From: Glaucostegus cemiculus
Taxonomy: Eukaryota
DNA: 64,000 nucleotides
Assembly (NCBI GenBank): GCA_976551045.1
Contig: CDPCPM010000157.1
Location: 4,960,001-5,024,000 of the forward strand
Direction of reading: 5' to 3'
Part shown: positions 23,509 to 35,517 of the stretch, piece by piece
Layout: each line of letters opens with the position of its first letter
Numbering within the stretch: the first letter of the stretch is position 1
Program-made: the position numbers and the translations under genes
Notes under the pieces: model-generated
Database searches by the model: none
The model's input: the letters and a program-made list of their open reading frames with translations, nothing else
Told to the model about the DNA's origin: nothing

Positions 23509-24584
23509 TTGCTATTTTGCACAAAAGCAGAGATGCTGGGAGAGCTCAGCTGGTCAAGGAGCATCTTGCATTGTTTTCTTTATGTCCCTTGCTCAATCCA
23601 TTTGGATAACATGCCTCGCTAACAGTCAGTACTCATGCTCCTTATCTCTGGACCTGTCTGACTCAATCTTCTTATAATCTTTTGTTTTACACTTTAATCT
23701 TCCCCCATCGCCCTGCTTTCAAAACTGATACTCCTCCATTCTCTCCCCAGTTCGGAGGAAGAATCACTGACCCGGGATGTTGGCTGGCTTCTCCATCCGC
23801 AGTTGCTGCTTGACATGCTGAGTGCTTCCACCATTTCAGTTTTTGTTTCCGATTCCAGCATTTATTTGATTTTTTTCCCCTCTTTTTATCAAATTACTGT
23901 TGCAATCAAAAGGAATGCAGAAATTGCTGTGTGTGTTTCTCATCTAGAATCGTCCGAAGAAAATGAAAATGACCATTTTTGATGTATACATTTCCACCCG
24001 TGTCTTGGCTTGTCCCAAGCTGCCAGCGTTGCTATGGTGACGGCTTAAACTGCTCGGCTTGGGTATCACAATTAGTCTGACTCCAAATCCTCACTGCAGG
24101 GCACCTTATTGCATTTTTAATTGAAAGGGATGCTTACTTTCCTCAAACTCTTCCCGAATCTGCTTCTCTCTCCCAAGGTCCTGCAAGTCAAATCTTTTCC
24201 CTTACTCCCAGAATTTGGGCAGTGAAGTTCAGCCCTGGGAGACCCTCGGCTAACTCAAACCCAGTGGATCTTTTTCCAAAAAAAGTGTAAGACAGACGTT
24301 GGTTGTAAGGAGGTAGGTAACACTCTCGTGAGGAACACTGAACCACAATAGTTTAAAAGGGGTTTGAAATGTGGTCAAAATAATGAGAGCAGAAACTTGC
24401 CTCAGGTATAATTCGCGATTGTCTCCTGGATCTTACAAGGAAGTGAGCAGTCAGATGACAACTTCCATCAGACTTCTACCATAACAGCAAGGTGAAGGTC
24501 CATACAACATTTCCAATATCTCCCTTTGAAACTGGCAGTAAACAGGAAGGTGTGCTAACCACATTTCTGTACTACTTCCAATTA

Positions 24585-25112
24585 TAGAATCATACGGCAC
24601 AGAAACAGGCCCTTTGGCCCATTGCGTTCCTGCTCACCATCAAACACCCATTTACACTAATTCCATTTTGTTGTCCCCATCCACACCCTCCCCCCCCAAG
24701 ATTCTACCACTCACCTACCCACTGGGGGCAATTTACAGTGGACAATGAACCTATCGATCCACACAGCTTTGGGACATGGGAGGAAAAACAAACAAGATGC
24801 TGAAAGAACTCAGTGAGACAAGGAGCTTCCATGGAGGGAAATGCATCTTCCAGTCCAGATGAAGGGTCTCGACCCGAAACATTGACTGTCCATCTCCCTC
24901 CACGGATGCTGCCTGATCTTCTGACTTCCTCCAGCATCTTGTGTGTTGCTCCAGATTCCAGCATCTACAGTCTCTTGCGTCTGCTCCCGGAGGAAGCCCA
25001 TGCAGTCGCAGGGAGAATGTGTGAACTCCACACAGACAGCACCGGCGGTCAGGATTGAACCTGGGTCGCAAGAGATATGAGGTAGCAGCTCTACCAGCAG
25101 CTCTGCACAATG
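24585..25112 (-). mobile_element. V-SINE (CR1-type tail) interrupted by a Penelope repeat unit (about 24790-24980)
   Basis: The V-domain is split; the insert carries cagtc cagatga a gggtctcgaccc gaaac att gactg at 24851-24888. Confidence 0.8.
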
Positions 25113-26084
25113 AGTACCTTTCCACAATGGTCTTCGCTAATGGAACCGAGGGCGGCCATTTAAAGTTGGGGGTATCGCAGTCAAATGTTTCGGCAGGATT
25201 CTGACTTGGAGGCATTCACATAATCCCGCAGATAGTAGCAGCTTTGCACCACTGGCTCCTCAGCCAAGCACAGACACCAACTCCTCCCACTCCTCTTTCC
25301 ATACACTGAGCTCAGGACAGGGTGTCAACCATGAACAGAGTCCTCTACTTGCTCCAGAGTTTTGATCCCACTAGGCAGTTCACGTACAGAGTGACCGGAT
25401 GAAGTTAAGATTGGGCTTGGCTGTGAGGCTGACCTTCATGGTCCATTAACCTGTAGACCCCTGCTGTCCAAGGATCCCCTCAGGCTACAACTATCTGGGC
25501 ATGGTACTGCAGGCTTACAGGAGACCTGATTGCTTCCTTGACATGCACTATCAGGGAGCATTGGTTAGTCAGTAAATCGGCTGCTGTAACTTGCTTCTAT
25601 TGTTAGTGAGTGGTAGAATCTTGGGGAAGTTGGTTGGAATTGTTGCAGATTGGGTTACAGAGAAAATTAGCGAGGGAATGAGATTGTGTCCAGAGCTGGC
25701 ATAGACTTGTAACGTATATGGGAGGAAATATGGTATAAAAGACAGGGTTCCCTGTTGCTCATTGACTGACTCAGGGAGGAGGGTGAATTATGTAAATTTG
25801 GAGAGCAAATCTAGGACCTCCTAAGACCAAACCTCTGAGTGACGTATAAAACGTTGGTTGAGCCACACTACTGAGGAGAGCAGAATGACTGACCACACCG
25901 GAAGTGGAGAGATGGACTTGATCCCTTGAACCTCCACATAACCCCTTTGAACCAGCTGTACCGTCAACAGTCTCCCTGGTTCTGGGTTCCACCAGCAATC
26001 TCATGGTACATCTAGCAGCCTCCCTGCGAGGTGGAGCATTTGATGTGGTGTTGGCGTCTGCAGCGTCTGCAGGGATAAACTATG

Positions 26085-26640
26085 ATATAGTGTGCAATTC
26101 TGGTCACCCCATTGCCAGGAGGATATGGAGGTTTTGGAAAGGGTATAGAAGAGGTTCACCAGAATGCTGCCTGGATTAGAGGGTCTGAGCAATAAGGAGG
26201 GGTTGGGCAAACTTGGGTTGTTTTCTCGGGAGTGTTGGAGGCTGAGAGGAGACCTGATAGAAGTTTATAAAATTATGAGAGGCATAGATACAGTAGATAG
26301 GCAGAATCTTTTTCCCAGGGTAGAAATGTCAAATACTAGAGGGCATGCATTTAAGATGAAGGGGGAAATTCCAAAGGAGATGTGCGAGGCAAGTTTTATT
26401 ACACAGAAAGTGGCAGGTGCCTGGATCGGGCTGCCAGGGGTGGTAATGGAAGCAGATATGATAGTGGCATTTAAGAGGCTTTTAGATAGGCACATGAACA
26501 GGCAGGGAATGGAGGGATATGGATCATGTGCAGGCAGAAGGGATTTAGTTTACTTTGGCATTGCGTTTGGCACAGACATTGTGGGCTGAAGGGCCTGTTC
26601 CTGTGCTGTACTGTTGTAGGTACTGTGTTCTCTGTTCTAT
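26085..26640 (+). mobile_element. CR1 (HER1-like) LINE 3' fragment
   Basis: MLPGLEGLS..LGLFS..RLRGDLIEVYKIMRGID..NLFPRVEMSNTRGHAFK. Confidence 0.92.
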
Positions 26641-27782
26641 ATCAGCGGCACTGTGATAACAGGGAAGAGATTGGTGACTGTGGGTCAAATACCTCATCCC
26701 TCCTGCTTTCAGTAGCTGTCCCTCGTTGAAAATGAACCTGCAAACCTGCAGAAGTATACACACTGATACATCGCCATGCCTGTCACCCTGCTAAATGTAA
26801 CAGAGACTAAAATTTGTTTTCCTGTTTAATCAACTGGCGAAGAAATGAAATGTTCCAAGGCAGTAGGTTGTGAAATCACCAAAAGCATCTTCTTGGAAAA
26901 CTCTGTTTTAGTTCAGTGGTCATGGTAATTTCAGCAACAACAAACCAAGTTACAATCTCCAGACAACAAGGTCTAGGGGAAAATACACTTTACCTTCAGA
27001 CTTGTGAATTCTCTGCCTAATGCCCCTTCAGTCTCTCTTAGCCACCTGTGAACAAACTGGCTCTGACACACTCCACTGGCACGGAGGCTGGCAGGAACTG
27101 AGCGTGCGTTTCTGATCTCTGCCTCACCAGCGGCTGACAGTGTGTCTCTCAGCCTCCTTCTAAGCCAATGTCTTAGCACGCAACCATCTGCACCTCTGTC
27201 TCCAGCTCTCCTGAATCTTCTCCAGGAACAAGAGTTGGAATCACTTTACAGCGTCATTCTCGGATGCGATTTCTCTCCTTGAGCATAAATTCTGCTCCCA
27301 TTTGTGTGACACCTTCCTGCAACCCTTGGGTTCTTCCTGATTTGCTGACAGTGGCCACCATAAGGAAGGGAGACGGCTTTTTTCAGCCAAGAGGCCAAAA
27401 GCTGGTTTTGTGGAATCTGACCAAGGGCGGTCACATTCAGAAACCTTCTCCAGTATTCTTTTCCCTGTTAATCCAAACACTTCTGCACCTCCCAGCGCAG
27501 TTATTTAATTCTTCTCCAATCACAATTTGCCTCCTGCAACATATTGCTCTGTGCATCCTGAATCCAACCTCATGGTCCATGTCCTGGACAATTTAACTCA
27601 ATGTAACTGCACTGTGTAATGAATTGTCACTTGTACTGAGGTACAAGTGACAATAATAAACCAATACTAATACCAATTTGGATACCCTATGCCATTTTGA
27701 TAGTTTCCAGTTCACTGGTTCAACTGATTCATCTTCACCATGGACATCCCACCCCTCAACTCCCTCCATACCACAATAGGAG

Positions 27783-28035
27783 GTATTGGTATTGGTTTAT
27801 TATTATCACTTGTACCAAGGTACAGTGAAAAGCTTGTCTTACAAACAGATTGTACAGGTCAATTCATTACACAGTGCAGTAACATAGTACAGAGTGCATT
27901 GATGTCGTACAGTAAAAACAGTACAGAGTAAAGTGTCACAGCTACAGAGTAAGTGCCGTGCAATAAGGTGCAAGGCCACACAAGGAAGATCGTGAGGTCA
28001 TAGATGATCTCATTGTATAAGGGAACCGTTGTATA
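27783..28035 (-). mobile_element. Rex1/Babar 3' tail inserted in Penelope RT
   Basis: attggtattggtttattattatcacttgtacc.. is the reverse complement of the 30890-31153 tail. Confidence 0.85.
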
Positions 28036-28185
28036 AGGGTCTGAAGACCCTCTGCTTCTCCCTGAGAGGAGGTCCAACCAGCTCCCCTCTACCAACGCAC
28101 TCATTCGCCTGTCTGAACTTGAACAACTTCTCTTTCAACTCCACTCACTTTCTCCGGAAGAGTGGTGCAGCTATGGGCACTCACA

Positions 28186-28536
28186 CAGAGTCATAGAGTC
28201 ATAGGGAGATGCAGCAGGAATACAGGCCCTTCAGCCCATCAAGTCAGTGCCAACCAACAACCACCCATCCACTAATCCTACATTAATCCCCCTTTTCATT
28301 TTCCACACATTCCATCATCTCCGCCCAGGTTCTGTCACTCACCCACACACTAGGGACGACTTACATCAGCCAGTTAACCTGCACACCTTTGGGATGTGGG
28401 AGGAAACCAGGGCACCCGGAGGAAACCCACAGGGTCACAGGGAGAGCGTGCAAACTCCACACAGGCAGCGCCCAGGGTCAGGATTGAACCTGTGTCTCTG
28501 GCACAGTGAGGCTGCAGTTCTACCTGCTGTGCTGCC
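28186..28536 (-). mobile_element. V-SINE (CR1-type tail) inserted in Penelope RT
   Basis: Separates GAAMGTH from MGPSY; V-domain and tRNA head on minus. Confidence 0.85.
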
Positions 28537-29908
28537 ATGGGCCCAAGCTACCCCGGCCTTTTGTGGGATATGTGGAACTGTCAATGTGCCAGTCCTGCTC
28601 AGGCCTGCTCCCTCAATCCCTTCCAGTACACTGACGACTGCATTGGTGCTGCTTCCTCTACTCATACAGAACCCAAAAATAGCATCACTTTTGTAGCCAA
28701 TTTCCACCCTGCTCTCACCTTTACCTGGTCCACCTCCGACTCTTCTCTCCCATTTATGGATCTCTCTGTCTGAACCTCAGGGGACAGACTCGCCAAAACT
28801 TCACCACAAGCCCGCAGACTCCTGCAGCTCTCTTGACTACCCTGCCTTCTGTAAGGACCGCATTCTACTCTCTCAGTCCCTCCATCTCCATTGCATTTAC
28901 TTTGATCATGAGACGCTCTGTGGAGATGCTTTCAAATGTCTTTCTCCTTCCTGACCTGTGGTTTCCCCTCCACCGTGGTGGACAGACCCTCGACCACATC
29001 TCATTTCCTGCACCTCTGCTCTCACACCCTCTCCTCCTGGACAGAACGGGGACAAAGTTCTCTTGGCTCTTACCTTCCCATCACCAGCCTCCGCACTCAG
29101 TAGACCATCCGTTATAATTTCCACCAACTCCAACAAAATTCCACCCACCAGACACAAGTTCCCCTTCCCTGTCTCAGGGATTGCTCCTTCGTGTCCCCCT
29201 AGTTTGCTATTCTATCTCCACCAACCAGTCTCCATCGAATGGCACCTTACCATGCAACCACAGGAGATGAACTCCACTCCTTTCATTTCTTTCCTTTCTG
29301 CATTCCAGGAACCCGGAGTTTTTTCCAGGTATGGCAGCGATTCACATTCATTTCTTCCCATCTAGTGCACTGTAGTCATTGCTGACAATGTGACTTGCTC
29401 CACACTGGAGAAACCAATCGCAGGTTGGTTGGATCACTGTGCGGAGCACCTGAGATCGTTCTCCAGGAGTGACCTGAGCTTCTGGTTGCCTGCCACTTTA
29501 ATTCATCGTCCCCTTTCCCCCTGCCCTCTCCCTCTGTTGTCTCCTGCAATGAGCCCAGTGCAAGTTTGAAGAGCAATATCTCATCTTCCATTTGGCCACG
29601 ATGCAGCCTTCCAAACTCAATATCAAATACTCCAGCTTCAGGTAATTCACTCTTTCTTTCTGTCTGTATCAGAACTGCGCATTTCCACCGGTCTTCATAT
29701 TGACTCAGTTTTTCTTATCCAATGTGTATAGTCTGGCCTAACCCTAACCCACAGCCTTGCCTGTTACAATATTCTACACAGATAATGTGCTGGTAAATGT
29801 CCACATTAAGCCATCTGGTCCCACCCTAACAAAGATATTCCCTTTGTTCAACCCATCCACTCCCTACTTTCTCTGCCAATGTGAACTGACTTGTATTTCT
29901 CTCTTTCC

Positions 29909-29947
29909 CAATTCTGATGAAGGGTCCTGGACCTGAAATGTTAACTG
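29909..29947 (+). ncRNA. Minimal (Penelope-type) hammerhead ribozyme motif, best-preserved core
   Basis: caatt-CTGATGA-a-gggtc ctg gacct-GAAAt-GTT-aactg: stem I, core, stem II, GAAA and NUH triplet, directly downstream of the Penelope ORF. Confidence 0.65.
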
Positions 29948-30419
29948 TTTCTCCTTCCACGGATGCTGCCCGACCTGATGAGCACTTGCTGTTTTTATTT
30001 TTATTTCAGACTTTCGGTATCTGCAGTTTTTAACTTTGCTTGTGCCTGTAATTCTTCCGAGGCTATCTCCTCTCTCTCTCTCTCTCTCTCCCCCCCCCAC
30101 CCCCCCCACATTCCTTCCAGCTTCTCACTATGGGTGAGTCTCTCTCTCTGTTTCCAGCTTTTCTCTCTCTCTGGTCTTCAGCTTCTCTTTGCGACCATTT
30201 ATTTCTTCCTATGATTCTAGCAGAAAGTTCCACCTGACTATGAAATATAAACACCATGAAGTACAACCCTGTGAGAAAACTTACAGTGGAACAGTGTTAC
30301 ACATGAGGTCTGCATGCCTTTGAGCTGGTGCCACATGTACCTGAAATTCCTGCATGTTCCCCGTGCATTGCTTGCAGCATTGAAACACTGCCGCTTGTGA
30401 TGAGATTCACACTGGCGCA

Positions 30420-31153
30420 CAGTAATGGAGTTGAGAGCTTCAAGTTCCTGGGAGTGATCACCGCTAGCCTGTCCTGGTCGAATCACGTAGATGCCACAAC
30501 CAAGAAAACTCACCAGCGCCTCTACTTCCACAGGAGGCTAAAGAAAATCAGTACGTCCCCTTTGACACTCACCAACTTTTACCGACGCGCCATAGAAAGC
30601 ATCTGATCTGGATGCATCATGGCTCGGTACGGCAACTGCTCTGCCCAGGACCACAAAAAACTGCAGAGAGTTGTGGACACAGCCCAGCGCATCATGGACA
30701 TCAGCCTCCCCTCCTTGGATTCTTGTCTTTTCCTGTTGCTGTCTTGGTGAAGCAGCCAGCAATAATCAAAGACCCCACCCACCCGGGCCATTCTCTTCTC
30801 TCCTCTTCCATCAGGTAGAAGATACAGGAACCTGAGGGCACGTACCACCAGGCTTAAGGACAACTTCTACCCCACTGGGATAAGACTAGTGAACGGTTCC
30901 CTTATACAATGAGATGGTCTCTGACCTCACGATCTACCTTGTTGTGACCTTGCACCTTATTGCACTGCACTTTCTCTGTAGCTGTGACACTTTACTCTAC
31001 TGTTATTGCTTTTACCTGTACCACCTCAATGCACTCTGTACTAACCCAATGTAACTGCACTGTGTAATGAATTGACCTGTACGATCAATATGCAAGACAA
31101 GTTTTTCACTGTAACTCGATACAAGTGACAATAATAAACCAATACCAATACCA
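30420..31153 (+). mobile_element. Rex1/Babar-type LINE 3' fragment, (ACCAAT)n tail
   Basis: VESFKFLGVI..LSWSNHVDATTKKTHQRLYF.RRLKK..LTNFYRRAIESI..WYGNCSAQDHKKLQRVV. Confidence 0.92.
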
Positions 31154-31209
31154 AATTTTATGAATCCCTCAAAACTGCTGAAAGGGACTAAGGTCACAAC
31201 TACACCTTG

Positions 31210-32825
31210 CAGTCATGGAGATCCAGCACAGAAAGAGGCCCTTCGGCCCATCAGGTCCATGTCAGCTTTTATTCCCCACTAATCCCATTTTCCTGCATTA
31301 GGACCGTATTCCGTACCTTACCCATTTAAGTGCCTGACTAAATGTCTCTTAAACGGAGAGACTGTATCTGATTCCAGGCATAAACCTTTCTCTGAGTCAT
31401 AACACTTACCCCTAAGAAGCCCTTTAATTCTCTTTCCTCTCACCTTAACCCTATGCCCTCTTGCTTTTTATATCCCTACCTATGGAAAAAGAATTTGACT
31501 ACCTACCTCTCATAATTATGCCTCTCATAATTTTTTATACCTCTATCGGGTCACTCCTCAGCCTCCTTCGCTCCAGAGAAAACGAGCCCAGCCCATCCAA
31601 TCTCTCCCCATAACTGTAGTTTCCCAATCCAGGCAACATCCTCGGCACTCTCTCCCGAGCAACGTCGCCCTTCCTGCAGTGCCGTGACCAAACTGCACAC
31701 AACACAACAAGTGTGGTCCAAACAGTGTTTTGTACAGTCGCAATATAATGTCCCAACTCTTATATTTTCCTATCTTCGGTCCTGAAGAAGGGTCCTGACC
31801 CGAAACGCTGACCGCCTGCTTTCCTCCACGGATGCTGCCTGGCCTGCTGAGTTCCTCCAGCGTCACTGTGTTTTTCATCCCGATTCCAGCATCTGCAGTC
31901 CTTTGTTTCTCTTATATTTTATGCCCTGACTTGTGAAGGCAAGCTTGCCATGCACCTTCTTCACCACCCTATCCACCGGTGTTGCCACTTTCAGGCAACT
32001 ATGAGTTGGACCCCTAGTTCATCATCTATCACCACCTTGTGCCCACCCCATCTCCCCTCTTTTGTCCACCTATCACTGCTCTGCTTTTCCCTCCTATATA
32101 TTGGGCTTCCCCTTTTCCTATCTTCAGTCCTAAGGGTCCCGACCTGAAATGTTGACCACCTGGTTTTCTCCACGGATGCTGCCTGGCCTGTCGAGATCTT
32201 CCAGCATCATCGTGTCTTTCCTCTAGGTTCCAGCACCTGCAGTCCTTGTTTCTCTGTTCATCAGCGTTCTTTTGCACCCTACCATTTACTGTATATGTCC
32301 TACTCCTCCGTGACTTCCCAAAATGCATCCCCTCGGATCTGCCGGGATTAAATTCCGCCTGTCAACCCAACCTTCCAACTGACCCATTTCCTGCTGTAGC
32401 CTTGGACAATCTTCCTTACCATCCACACCAACACCCGTTTTGTGTCATCCGCAAACTTACTGATTATTCTTCTATTTTTATGTTGTGTAAATTATGTATA
32501 ATTTACGTTAATTTCAGTTTATGTTAACTTATGTTTGTCATGTTGGTAATGAACTGAAAACTGCAGCAAAAAGCTAATTTTCATTTATACCCTGGGTACG
32601 TATGCCTACGGCAATAAATAAATTGAACTGATCTTACATTCACATCCAAATTTTTAATGGCAAAGGTCACGGCACTGAGCCCGGTGGTACATCACTGGTC
32701 ACATATTTTCAATCAGAAAAGTATCCTCCTACCAGTACTCTCTGCCTCCTATCGCCAAGCCAATTTTGGATCTAATTAATCAGCTTGTCTTGGATCCCAT
32801 GTGCCTTGATCTTCTGGACCAACCT
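31210..32825 (-). mobile_element. CR1 LINE fragments with two Penelope repeat insertions (about 31765-31912 and 32035-32255)
   Basis: Minus: MHFGKS..YTVNGRV, IILRLYKTL.GPHL.CCVQF, RRLRSDPIEV; inserts contain hammerhead motifs. Confidence 0.8.
31777..31814 (+). ncRNA. Minimal hammerhead ribozyme motif (cleavage triplet mutated)
   Basis: cggtc-CTGAAGA-a-gggtc ct gaccc-GAAAC-gct-gaccg; perfect stems I and II. Confidence 0.6.
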
Positions 32826-33869
32826 ACCACGTGGACCTTATGAAGGGAAGATGCTCCCTCTGCTGCCAAACAATGTTACTGGTCATTGTGTAGCTTTGGG
32901 AGCCTTCAGCACAGGAACAGACATCCCGAAACTGCACTGCTTTGCTGGAGACATTCGTGGAAGCAGCAAGGATTAGAAGAGAGATCCTGCATGCCCGGGG
33001 GCACAAAAACACAACAACGTCTGGATAGTGACTTGGGAGGATGAGACAGGGAGATTAACGTAGGACAGCGACACCCTGAGGATCTGGTTCAGCGTCGGAC
33101 GAAATCTAATGAAACTCAATTGGGAAGCCAAGCTCGGTGAGCAGATCCGTAAATCCTTCCACCAACAGCTATCCCACCACAGTCAGATGCTGCCACAGGC
33201 TTCGCTCCTCTGTTGTTCAGCTAACAAACTCCAACACTGCTCCTACTGAACCTAAGTAGATCCCACTACATCCTTACACACTTACCATTAGTCCACACTT
33301 CACACACGTCAGGCATTCAGGCATGGACATGTTGCAGGACACTGACACACATCATTTCGAGGTAGCAGCTCTAACCCATGCCCATGGGCTCAGTGGCCCG
33401 GAGGAGAGTGTAAGATGATGGTACACTCATGGATTGTGGGAGATGATGGTTCCCTCATTGCAATTTCCTCTCCTTCTGTAATCAATGCTGGAAACACTCG
33501 GCACTGACAAATTCCACGTCAATGACCATTCAGCAAGTTCTGTTGAAGGGTCTTCACCCTGAGACATTGACTGCTTTTCTCTGCCACGTGCATCACTTTC
33601 CTTCCTATATCCCTCTTCCCAGCTCATCCCGCAACCACTTCTTGGTTTCACAAAGCAGTTGGTGTAAGCGTGGCTGCAATCAACCTGCTGCGTCTGATTC
33701 CACGGCTGAAATCAGGGCGGAGTGGAATCTTTGCTTTTAATCTTCGCCGGTGACTGATCGGACACAGCTGAGTAGCTTGCTGGGCCATTTCAGTGAACAG
33801 TTAGGAGCTGACCAGATCGGTAGGTCTGGAGTCACACAGTAACCAGACTTGGTAAGGACGTTAGATTTT

Positions 33870-34279
33870 CATGGAGTTATCGAGTCGTACAGCAGAGAAA
33901 CAGGCCCTTCGACCCACCCCGTCTGTGCCCCCTGTTGTACCTCTCCACCCAGATCTCACAGTAGGTCCATGGCCCTTTATGCTCTTCTGGTGCCAGTGGT
34001 TTACATTCTCCACTGCTCAATCAAACCTCTTTCTAAACTTAATTTCACACATATCTAATTAGCTGGAATTTGAACTCAAGGTCATGAATGATTGTGGACT
34101 GCTAGTCCAGCAGTTAAATCACTATTGCACCCACCTTGATTCAAGCTGCAACTCTGGCCGAGATGACCCTGAGAGCGACCACTTGAGGATGTCATCCCAC
34201 TCCGCCCGAGTACTCGGACTGCTGTGGTACAGCCCTGTGGACGTGGCAGTACGCAACCCTTTCCTTCCCTCGCCATGAC
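33870..34279 (-). mobile_element. Composite SINE-like element, copy 2
   Basis: Homologous to 320-704 over its whole length (e.g. caagctgcaactctggcc.agatgac..tgaggatgtcatcccactccg..tactcggactgctgtggtacag). Confidence 0.7.
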
Positions 34280-34948
34280 AGAGTAGAGTCAGAGATACAC
34301 AGCGCGGACACAGGCCCTTCAGCCCATCTTGTCTGTGCTGACCAAGTTACCTGAGCTAGTCCCATTTGCCTGCATTTGGTATTGGTTTGGTATTGGTTTA
34401 TTATTGTCACTTGTATGGAGATACAGTGAAAAACTTGTCCTACAAACCGATCGTACAGGTCAATTCATTACACAGTGCAGTTACAGGGCCCATATCCCTC
34501 TAAACCTTTCCTATCCATGTACCCATCCAAATGTCTTTTAAGCATCCTAATAGTACCCGTTCCCACAACTTCCCCTGCTAGCTCGTTCTATCTACCCACT
34601 AACCTCTGTGTGGAAATCTTGTCCCTCGGGCCCTTTAAGTCTTTCCCCTCTCACCTTAAATCTATGCCTTCTAGTTTTAGACTCTCCTACCCTGAGAAAA
34701 AGACCGTGACCCATTCACCTTATCAACACCCTCATGATGTTGTATACCTCCATTAGTTCACCCCTCAGCCTCCTACACTCCACAGGAAACAGCCTAAGCT
34801 TATCCAGTCTCTCCTTGTAACTCAAGCCCTCCAGCCCTGGCAACAACCTCGTGAATCCTTTCCAGCTTAAAGATGTCCTTCCTACAAGCTGGGCGACCAG
34901 AACTGTGCACAATACTCCAAGCGCAGTCTCACCAACGACGGTTGTAAC
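34280..34948 (-). mobile_element. CR1 LINE 3' fragment with inserted Rex tail (34376-34485)
   Basis: Minus: FTRLLPGLEGLSYKERLDKL.LF..ECRRLRGELMEVYNIMR. Confidence 0.85.
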
Positions 34949-35517
34949 GTCTGTGCTCCCCCTCACTGTTACTCGGACGGTACCACTGCTCTTTCCTGCG
35001 ATCCTGTTGGCCGGCACTGCTGCCACTCCTGGTGGGACAGTGTATCCATCTGCTGCCTCCGCTGCTTCCACTAGCCTGGCTGTAGCAGCAGAGGCAGCAA
35101 TGCAAGCAGCACTGCAGGCGAAACGACAGGAAGGCAGGCACCAGGGCCAGTGATAATGCAGCCGGCTCTTGACTGGGTGTAAAAATATTTGGTTGCATCT
35201 TCTCTATTCTGCAGTGAGGAACACACACTACTACGTTGCAAAGCAATTCTATCGATTGCAAGATCTAGGTCAGGGCTGCAGAAGGATGCTCTCGCCTGCC
35301 TCGCTGAGTACAGTTCCAACCACGTTCCTGGCTGTATCGGAAGCTGTGCAGATGGCGCGCCCCGCAGCACTTCTGTGTCACTGGTGGACAGCTGTAAATG
35401 TTGAGCGTGGTGGATGGGGTGATAATCAAGGCTTTATCTTGGATGTGGTCAGGCTTCTTCAACTTGACTATCCAACCTCCAACCTACGCTCCCAGGCCTG
35501 AAAGTCAGTGTCCAGCC

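Larger units (their letters stand above)
27680..30030 (+). mobile_element. Penelope-like retroelement fossil (RT + GIY-YIG + terminal repeat) with nested insertions
   Basis: FIFTMDI (27729), NNFSFNSTHFLRKSGAAMGT (28122), MGPSY (28537), QYTDDCIGAASS..NFHPALTFTWS..SLPFMDLSV (28624-28770), GIY-YIG remnant TGETNRRL..EHLRS (about 29400-29460), then hammerhead-bearing repeat at 29909. Many frameshifts. Confidence 0.88.

Noticed and set aside
32905-32925. TTCAGCAC.. REST/RE1-like motif
   Set aside because: Right half deviates too much from GGACAGCGCC.
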